DNA from: Castellaniella sp.
Lineage (GTDB): Bacteria > Pseudomonadota > Gammaproteobacteria > Burkholderiales > Burkholderiaceae_B
NCBI RefSeq assembly: GCF_034675845.1
Contig: NZ_JAUCCU010000001.1
Coordinates: 1,012,931-1,036,930 of the forward strand
Length of the DNA: 24,000 nt
Direction: 5' to 3'
Shown here: positions 11,047 through 16,752 of the stretch, piece by piece
How positions within the stretch are numbered: the first letter of the stretch is position 1
Layout: every line of letters starts with the position of its first letter
The notes under the pieces: generated by a model
The model's input: only the letters and a program-made list of their open reading frames with translations
Told to the model about the DNA's origin: nothing
The model's database searches: none
Program-made: the position numbers and the translations under genes

Positions 11047-12465
11047 TTAAGCGATTTCTTTCAGGCGCGCAGTAAAGTGGCGCAGCACCGGAGGTTCATA
11101 GATGAAGTCCAGACCCTTGATGTTGCCAGCCCCTTCCTTGACCTTCTGGAATGCCTCGATGATGTAGTCCATATGGGTCTGCGTGTAAGTGGCGCGCGGA
11201 ATGGTCAGCCGCAGGAGTTCTGCCGGGCAGGCCATTTGCTCGCCGGTCTTGGGGTCGCGGCCTTGCAGCAACGAACCGATTTCCACCGCCCGCACCCCAC
11301 CGACCCTATAGAGCTCGCAGCTGAGGGCATGGGCCGGGAATTGCGTGCTGGGTATATGCGGCAACAACTTTTGAGCATCCACAAAGGCTGCATGTCCACC
11401 TGCCTGCTGGCACTGAACGCCCACGCTTTCCAGCCCGGCCACCAGGTATTCGATCTGGCGGATCCGGTAGGCCAGCCAGTCTTCACGCATGCCGTCATGC
11501 AGGCCTACGCTGAGGCGCTCCATGGCGCCGCCCTCGAGACCGCCATAGGTCGGAAAGCCTTCTTGCAATACGCACAAAGTCCGGCATTCGTTATAGACGT
11601 CTTCAAGCGACTCGTCTTTGATGCAAAGCAGGCCGCCCATCGGGACCATCGGGTCTTTTTTGGCGGACATGGAAATCACATCGCCGTATTGGTAGGTTTC
11701 ACGCGTGATTTCCGCGATCGTCCAGCCCTGGTATTCAGCTTCGCGCTGCTGGATGAAATAGGCGTTCTCGGCAAAGCGAGCCGAATCAATCACCAGGGGA
11801 ATGTCGTATTTCTTGGCGATGGCATGGACTGCCTTGATATTGGCCAGCGATACGGGCTGGCCACCTGAGGAATTATTCGTGATGGTGGCGACGATATACG
11901 GCACGTGCTGAGCACCGACTGCCTGGATGGTGCGCTCGACCTGATCCAGATCGAAATTGCCCTTGAAGTCGGCGCGTGCTGCCGTATCAAAAGCTTCTTT
12001 GGTATAGGCATTGACGACCTGACAACCATTGATCTGGGTATGGCCCTGGGTGGTATCAAAGAAATAATTGGAGATCGCCGTCATCTTGCTGCGATCCAGG
12101 CCTTTTTCTTTTTCACGCTTTTGGATCAGCACTGGGATATAGAGCTGCTCGGCACCACGCCCCTGGTGAGTCGGAATCGTGTATTGATAACCGAAGATAT
12201 CCTTGACCGTATCGCGCAGGCGGTTGTAGCTGCGGCTGCCGGCATAGGCTTCGTCGCCGCGCAACATGGCTGCCTGCATATCCTGAGTGACCGCACCCGT
12301 GCCGCTGTCCGTCAGCAGATCAATGAACACGTCCTCACTATCCAGCAGAAACGGGTTCATCCAGGCCTTTTTGATGGCCTCTTCCCGATAGGCGCGGGTG
12401 GTGCGTTTGACGGGCTCGATTACACGAATCCGAAAGGGTTCCGGCAGGTGCTTAAAATTTTCCAC
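11047..12465 (-). CDS. tnaA: Tryptophanase (L-tryptophan indole-lyase, PLP-dependent)
   Basis: From GTG 12465 (AGGA 7 nt upstream) the product starts [31 protein letters not shown]…. This matches the E. coli TnaA N-terminus as I recall it, and similarity continues to the C-terminus (…[26 protein letters not shown]…VLRHFTA). The PLP-lysine motif SMSAKKD is present. Length is 472 aa versus 471 in E. coli. The ORF-track TTG start at 12522 adds 19 non-homologous residues and is rejected. Confidence 0.93.
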   Translation of the reverse strand: MENFKHLPEPFRIRVIEPVKRTTRAYREEAIKKAWMNPFLLDSEDVFIDLLTDSGTGAVTQDMQAAMLRGDEAYAGSRSYNRLRDTVKDIFGYQYTIPTHQGRGAEQLYIPVLIQKREKEKGLDRSKMTAISNYFFDTTQGHTQINGCQVVNAYTKEAFDTAARADFKGNFDLDQVERTIQAVGAQHVPYIVATITNNSSGGQPVSLANIKAVHAIAKKYDIPLVIDSARFAENAYFIQQREAEYQGWTIAEITRETYQYGDVISMSAKKDPMVPMGGLLCIKDESLEDVYNECRTLCVLQEGFPTYGGLEGGAMERLSVGLHDGMREDWLAYRIRQIEYLVAGLESVGVQCQQAGGHAAFVDAQKLLPHIPSTQFPAHALSCELYRVGGVRAVEIGSLLQGRDPKTGEQMACPAELLRLTIPRATYTQTHMDYIIEAFQKVKEGAGNIKGLDFIYEPPVLRHFTARLKEIA

Positions 12466-12714
12466 GACGTTATCCTGGCTTTGATAAAAATAAATAGGGC
12501 CACGCACTATCTGAGAAAACAATAATTTTGTTTAGGCTCACTGGGAATAGTTTCCATGCTTCAGAAACATAATGTGAACCTGTCTCAAATAATACGATTA
12601 AATGATATTAATTGAGCAGTAATTTATCAAATACTAGGGTTTATATCTAATTAATTGATAATTTATCAATAATATAATAATTATTTATCAATTAATCGCG
12701 ATCAGGAGATAGAA
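12466..12714. promoter_or_regulatory. AT-rich divergent control region between tnaA and the YheO-like regulator gene
   Basis: 249 bp. 12601-12700 is about 18% G+C by hand count. Minus-strand promoter candidates are -35 TTGATA (12669-12664)/18 nt/-10 TATAAA (12645-12640) and -35 TTGATA (12630-12625)/17 nt/-10 TATCAT (12607-12602). On the plus strand there is a perfect TATAAT at 12673-12678, about 37 nt before the regulator ATG. All are sequence matches only. Confidence 0.55.
12608..12695. repeat. Cluster of operator-like repeats: 3x ATTTATCAA, a 17-bp palindrome, and an 11-bp inverted repeat
   Basis: ATTTATCAA occurs at 12622-12630, 12661-12669 and 12683-12691. The palindrome ATTGATAA-T-TTATCAAT is at 12654-12670. 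TTAATTGATAA (12651-12661) is the perfect inverse of TTATCAATTAA (12685-12695). TTAATTGA also occurs at 12608-12615. Confidence 0.8.
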
Positions 12715-13377
12715 ATGCGGCATAACATTGGCTTGATCGATTTCCTGGGCCAGGTATTAGGGCCAGACTACGGCATCGCTCTGTACCAGCATACCGGCAC
12801 AGACTTCACCGTCATCGCCGTCAGTAATGGCCACATCTGTGATTGCGGGCTGGGTGCCACGCTGCCCGCCGCATTGCGGCTGCGCCTGGAACAAGACGCC
12901 AGCCAGGCCAGCACGCGGGTCACACCGATGGCCCACGTGACGCATCAGCAAAAAATACTGCGCGCCTCGATCCACCCGCTGCACAGCCCCGATGGCCAGC
13001 TAACGGGGGCCATCTGTATTTATTTCGACGACAGTCGCTATCGCAACCTAAGCGCCCAATTGCTGCGCTTGCGCCATCCGGATAGCTTTGTGGATCATTA
13101 TTTTGAAGCATCACCCCCGCACGATCCAGCCCTGTCGTCCATTGCCTCCGCGTCTGGCACCGAGGCCCTCAGTCCGGAACGGATCTTGCAGAAATATCTG
13201 TCTCCCTGCGCCCTGCCCGCCCCCGGCAAACTCAGCACCAAAGAACGCAAGGCGCTAGTCGGGAAGCTGATGGAGGCGGGGTTTTTCGAGCTTAAAGGGG
13301 CCATCCCAGCACTGGCCAAAAGCATGGCTTGCTCGCCTGCCACTGTGTACCGTTACGTCGCAGGCCACAAAAGATGA
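12715..13377 (+). CDS. YheO/DauR-family transcriptional regulator (YheO-like PAS-type sensor domain + C-terminal HTH)
   Basis: 220 aa with AGGAG 6 nt before the ATG. The N-terminal half (…LIDFLGQVLGPDYGIALYQH…VIAVSNGHI…QKILRASIHPLHSPDGQLTGAICIYFDDSRY) follows the YheO-like PAS pattern. The C-terminus (LSTKERKALVGKLMEAGFFELKGAIPALAKSMACSPATVYRYV) is the family's typical HTH segment. Family call from remembered motif patterns, not a search. Confidence 0.78.
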   Translation: MRHNIGLIDFLGQVLGPDYGIALYQHTGTDFTVIAVSNGHICDCGLGATLPAALRLRLEQDASQASTRVTPMAHVTHQQKILRASIHPLHSPDGQLTGAICIYFDDSRYRNLSAQLLRLRHPDSFVDHYFEASPPHDPALSSIASASGTEALSPERILQKYLSPCALPAPGKLSTKERKALVGKLMEAGFFELKGAIPALAKSMACSPATVYRYVAGHKR

Positions 13378-13396
13378 GCTGGCAAAGAAATGGAGA

Positions 13397-14554
13397 TCAA
13401 GGGCGAAATACATCGCCCAGAACTTTGGCATCCACAAAATTGATCGACCAGACTTCCAATTGTGGTGCCTTGGCATGGCGAACACGCTCGGCCATTTCTG
13501 CCGAGATCGGACCGAAGCGGTGTTGGAGCATGCTTAGCAATTGCTTTGCCTGACCTTGTTCTATGCCTTGTTCTATGCCTTGTTCTATGCCTTTTTCCAG
13601 GCCTTTTTTCATGCCTCTTTCTATGGCGAATTCTTCCATAATGGTTAGTCGCATCACGTTGGGCTCCTGTCGCAGGGTATTCAGTGCCTGCATATAAACG
13701 GGTTTCAATACCGTGGGCAAGGTCAGCATCCATTCCACCAAGCTTAAAATCTGGCGAGTTTCCTGAGGACTATAACCGTAGCTCAATAATTGCTGGACCA
13801 TGTGTTTCAACGGTCCCAGCCGGGTGCTCTTTGTGGGATGGCGGCTGGCCAATAACTGGGCCATCAGCACCACGGCAAACGGGTTGCTTGGAGCTTGAGT
13901 CTGCAGCATCGCCCAGCGGCCCCACCACCTGTCCAATTCTACGACAGGAAAGGTGAACCAGATACCTTGGCCCAGGAATTCATTGGCATGCACCAGATAC
14001 ACCAAATCAGACTCATCCACCTCAGCGCCAACACGCCCTTGAATGAGAATACCCAAGCTATAAATCAATGGTGAAGCTGGGCTGCCCGCCAATTGCCTGC
14101 CATGCAGCTGCAAGGGCAGACGGTAATCCACCATGCGCTGGCTGAATGCCTGCACACCCCTGGGGCCACGCAGGCGGCCCTGGACTTCGATATGAATCAG
14201 CAGCCAGATGCAATCACCGTTCAGCAAACGCACACTGGCCAATTTATCCACATATTTGCGACCCTTCACCCCAGGCGGACCAATGGATTGCAGCTCCTTG
14301 TCCAGGAATTGCGGTGCGACCGACCAGTCGATGGCGGCATGCAAACTGGGAACCAACAAAGCCAGCGCCTGAGGCAAATAGCATTCCAATGCCACCTTCC
14401 AAGGGCTGTCGTAGTCATCCGCTGGACTATGGATCGCTGCAGGATCGACATGCAAGCCCGCAACCGCGTCAGCAGAAAAGGCAGCCCCGCATCGGCTATC
14501 GTCATCCGGGATGGTGTTGGCGTGAGAGGGCTTGTGATGATTTGTGCCGGACAT
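13397..14554 (-). CDS. PD-(D/E)XK nuclease-family Rpn/YhgA-like putative transposase/recombination-promoting nuclease with DUF4351-like C-terminal domain
   Basis: 385 aa with GAGG 6 nt before ATG 14554. It has the family-typical DSPWK…IDWS…FLDKELQ… opening, then …VDKLASV…LLIHIEVQ… (the D…E-x-Q nuclease-core pattern), a (E/K)(K/Q)G(I/L) repeat linker, and a C-terminal …LLSMLQHRFGPISAEMAERVRHAKAPQLEVW… helical domain. Family assignment from memory of TIGR01784/DUF4351-type proteins. Confidence 0.72.
   Translation of the reverse strand: MSGTNHHKPSHANTIPDDDSRCGAAFSADAVAGLHVDPAAIHSPADDYDSPWKVALECYLPQALALLVPSLHAAIDWSVAPQFLDKELQSIGPPGVKGRKYVDKLASVRLLNGDCIWLLIHIEVQGRLRGPRGVQAFSQRMVDYRLPLQLHGRQLAGSPASPLIYSLGILIQGRVGAEVDESDLVYLVHANEFLGQGIWFTFPVVELDRWWGRWAMLQTQAPSNPFAVVLMAQLLASRHPTKSTRLGPLKHMVQQLLSYGYSPQETRQILSLVEWMLTLPTVLKPVYMQALNTLRQEPNVMRLTIMEEFAIERGMKKGLEKGIEQGIEQGIEQGQAKQLLSMLQHRFGPISAEMAERVRHAKAPQLEVWSINFVDAKVLGDVFRP
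13554..13625 (-). repeat. In-frame 12-bp tandem repeat inside the Rpn-like CDS (3 perfect + 3 degenerate units)
   Basis: Plus strand: CCTTGTTCTATG x3 (13554-13589), then CCTTTTTCCAGG, CCTTTTTTCATG, CCTCTTTCTATG. It encodes …RGMKKGLEKGIEQGIEQGIEQG…. Confidence 0.95.
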
Positions 14555-14710
14555 AGCGCACCTCTAAAAATAGGCATGCCCGGATTGTGGACGACACAGC
14601 AAGCGCGAACCAGATCGGAAAAATACGAACGGACAAAAATGGCAACCCACCGTCAGGGAAGTTTCCCTAGCGATTGAAAAAAGTCGACAAAGCCGGATGG
14701 ACCAGCCAAC

Positions 14711-14738
14711 AAAAAGCCACCCCGAGAGGTGGCTTTTT
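14711..14738 (-). terminator. Rho-independent terminator downstream of the porin gene (symmetric, potentially bidirectional)
   Basis: AAAAAGCCACC-ccgaga-GGTGGCTTTTT, an 11-bp perfect stem including A/T tracts, so a U-run follows the stem on either strand. Lies about 80 nt past the porin stop (14819) and insulates the Rpn-like gene. Confidence 0.8.
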
Positions 14739-14818
14739 GTTGGGGACCAAAGTCCCCGTGTTCATGACAGCCTGCCGAGGCGAGCCGCATCGCTGCGTGG
14801 ACAAGCCACGCGAGGCGA

Positions 14819-15934
14819 TTAGAACTTGTGGTTCAGGCCGACACCGGCTTCCGTACCCTTCAGGTCGCGGACGTAGCCAATGTTCTTGCCGTACGTAGCG
14901 TAGGTGTAGACACCGGTGCGCTTGGACAGCGGGTAGAAGTAGTTGATCTGATAGGTGCTGAGGTTACCAGCATCATCGCCCCACTTATCGCCATCATCCA
15001 GGTTGCTGGTGGAGTAGTTCACGCCAGCGTACAGCTTACCAGCACCCACCGGGGCGCTCAGGCCAATGTGGTAGTTGTTGGTCTTCAGGTCGTTGTAGGC
15101 GCTCAGATTAGCAGCATTGCCGAGGGCATTGACGAAATTGCCGCCATTGCCGCCCCAGCCCAATTTGCCGTTACGGTCCTGACCGAAGGCCAGGGACAGT
15201 TTTACGACTTCAAAGTCGTAAGCACCGTTGATGTGCCAGCTGGTGATGCTGTCTTCAACGTTGGTGGTGCCTTGACGATCATAGCTGGCAGCGCCGCTGA
15301 TCGGGCCGTTGGCGTAGGTAGCAGCCACGGACACGCGCGAATTGCGCTCGGAGCCACCATAGGACTCGCCGTCGATACGGTCGATGCGATCGCTGCCGCT
15401 AGAGCCGTACAGAGCGATGAACTTGAAGCCGGACAGATCAGGCGTCACGTACTTGAAGGAGTTGTCAATGCGGTTGCCGTAGCCCACGCCACCGAAGACC
15501 TTGTCCATATCGCCCAGGGACCAGCCGTTGACGTTCATGTCACCAGCCATCACGCCAGCGGAGTACTGACGACCCATGCTGAAGGTACCCCAGTTGTCGC
15601 TGGACAGACCAACGAACGACTGACGATGGAATTGCTTGCCGGAGCTAGGAGCGCCGGTACCCAGATCGAAGCCTTGCTCCAGTTGGAAGATGGCGCGCAG
15701 GCCGTCGCCCAGATCTTCGGATCCCTTCAGGCCCCAACGGTTACCGTTGACGATGCCGCTGACCAGACCCGAGGACTTCGAGGTGGCTTGGAAGCCATCA
15801 CGATCATATTTGTAATTCGAGTAGCCGTAGCCGGTATCCACGATACCGTACAGCGTCACGGACGTTTCTGCTTGAGCAACGCCAGCGGTAGCAAAACCGG
15901 CCAGCAGAGCAGCAGCGAGCAGAGTCTTTTTCAT
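14819..15934 (-). CDS. Outer-membrane general porin (Gram-negative porin, betaproteobacterial OmpC-like)
   Basis: From ATG 15934 (GGAG upstream) the product starts MKKTLLAAALLAGFATAGVAQA|ETSVTLYGIVDTGYGY…, a signal peptide with an AQA cleavage site. It has alternating beta-strand Gly/Tyr-rich sequence and ends …GVGLNHKF with a terminal Phe. The ORF-track start at 15982 adds 16 aa before the signal peptide and is rejected. Confidence 0.9.
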   Translation of the reverse strand: MKKTLLAAALLAGFATAGVAQAETSVTLYGIVDTGYGYSNYKYDRDGFQATSKSSGLVSGIVNGNRWGLKGSEDLGDGLRAIFQLEQGFDLGTGAPSSGKQFHRQSFVGLSSDNWGTFSMGRQYSAGVMAGDMNVNGWSLGDMDKVFGGVGYGNRIDNSFKYVTPDLSGFKFIALYGSSGSDRIDRIDGESYGGSERNSRVSVAATYANGPISGAASYDRQGTTNVEDSITSWHINGAYDFEVVKLSLAFGQDRNGKLGWGGNGGNFVNALGNAANLSAYNDLKTNNYHIGLSAPVGAGKLYAGVNYSTSNLDDGDKWGDDAGNLSTYQINYFYPLSKRTGVYTYATYGKNIGYVRDLKGTEAGVGLNHKF

Positions 15935-16248
15935 GTAAGAAATCTCCGTAGATTTGTGAGAATCAGAGCAGGCCAACATCATCCTGTGCTGCTGCTCTTT
16001 CTAACTCCGCAAAGGGAAGTTGTTGGTATTGCATCAAAAAACCGGGCCTTATGCCATGCTGGGCGTTCGAAACCACTCAGTTTCCCCGAAAGACGTTGCA
16101 GAACCACAACAACTCGTGGGTTTCACCCAGGGGGCTGGTGATATGGACAAGGCACCACATCCGAGTCCCGGCGGGTCGTCCGGCGACCCCCACACCAAGC
16201 CTCAAACAGCAGCATACAATGCTTCCACAGATAAGATGGCCCCCCTTC

Positions 16249-16752
16249 ATGATGCGACTGAATACCCCCTTGGTTTGGGATTTACCGGACGAGCAAGCCA
16301 CCGACACCCTGGCCCGCCAACTGGCAGCGCTGGTCTGCGGCCAGTCACCCCAGTCTTTGGCTGCCGGGGGCCGCATTCACCTGCGCGGCGAGCTTGGTGC
16401 AGGCAAAACCAGCTTGGCGCGGGCGTTCTTGCGAGCGGCTGGGGTGACCGGCCGCATCAAAAGCCCTAGCTATGCGCTGCTTGAAAGCTATAATGTCTCT
16501 AGCTTGTATTTCTATCATTTTGATTTCTATAGATTTAGCGATGCGCACGAGTGGCGCGATGCGGGGTTCGACGAGCTGCTGGCCGACCAGGCAGTCATTC
16601 TGATTGAATGGCCTGAACAAGCCGGCACCCGCCTGCCACCACCCGACCTGGATATTCTGCTGGAATATGCCGACAACGGTCGACGCGCCTGGCTACGCGC
16701 CTGCAGCGAAAAAGGACAGCTATGGCTACAGCACCTGACCCCATCGCCCTGA
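16249..16752 (+). CDS. tsaE: tRNA threonylcarbamoyladenosine (t6A) biosynthesis ATPase TsaE (YjeE)
   Basis: From ATG 16249 the product is 167 aa with Walker A GELGAGKTSLARAF, SPSYALLESY and HFDFYRF motifs typical of TsaE. The ORF-track start at 16051 adds 66 non-homologous residues. ATG 16252 is equally possible. Confidence 0.85.
   Translation: MMRLNTPLVWDLPDEQATDTLARQLAALVCGQSPQSLAAGGRIHLRGELGAGKTSLARAFLRAAGVTGRIKSPSYALLESYNVSSLYFYHFDFYRFSDAHEWRDAGFDELLADQAVILIEWPEQAGTRLPPPDLDILLEYADNGRRAWLRACSEKGQLWLQHLTPSP

Noticed and set aside
12573-12588. CRP-like half-site TGTGA (12573-12577) upstream of tnaA, reminiscent of the CAP-dependent E. coli tna promoter.
   Set aside because: The partner half-site at N6 (CTCAA) matches TCACA at only 1 of 5 positions. 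The better match (TCTCA) has the wrong spacing. The site would also lie downstream of the candidate promoters.
12655-12669. FNR/CRP-family-like site TTGAT-AATTT-ATCAA in the tna control region.
   Set aside because: The half-sites are perfect, but the spacer is 5 nt (odd centre) rather than the N4 of the FNR consensus TTGAT-N4-ATCAA. I therefore treat it as part of the locus-specific repeat set, not a canonical FNR box.
13554-13625. Possibility that the short direct repeats are a CRISPR-like or minisatellite array.
   Set aside because: The units are contiguous with no spacers, are 12 bp long, are in frame, and encode the family-typical linker of the surrounding CDS.
13353-13733. ORF with a striking HRTRHRTRHRTR repeat (126 aa, minus strand).
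   Set aside because: It is only the 12-bp tandem repeat of the Rpn-like gene read in another frame. It lies wholly inside the better-supported CDS 13397-14554.
14660-14671. Small palindrome GGGAAGTTTCCC upstream of the Rpn-like gene.
   Set aside because: It has only 5-bp arms and a single occurrence, so it is within chance expectation. There is no supporting context.
9590-14710. Search by eye for island boundary signatures (direct repeats, att-like sites, IS inverted repeats, tRNA target, integrase).
   Set aside because: None found. The insertion hypothesis therefore rests on gene content, synteny recollection and the AT-rich segment only. A computational repeat search is still needed.
14674-14898. 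74-aa plus-strand ORF spanning the porin terminator and the porin 3' end.
   Set aside because: It runs through a perfect terminator hairpin and overlaps the porin CDS antisense. It has no SD and a basic low-complexity sequence.
16060-16080. tRNA-like T-loop string GGGCGTTCGAAACC in the porin-tsaE intergenic region.
   Set aside because: The flanking bases cannot form a T-stem, and no acceptor, D or anticodon arms can be drawn. It looks like a chance match.
16051-16248. Upstream extensions suggested by the ORF track for tsaE (16051), miaA (21440), purM (23900), porin (15982) and nuoE (6770).
   Set aside because: The extensions have no homology to the respective families, overlap neighbouring genes or promoters, and in each case an internal start restores the canonical protein length and N-terminus.
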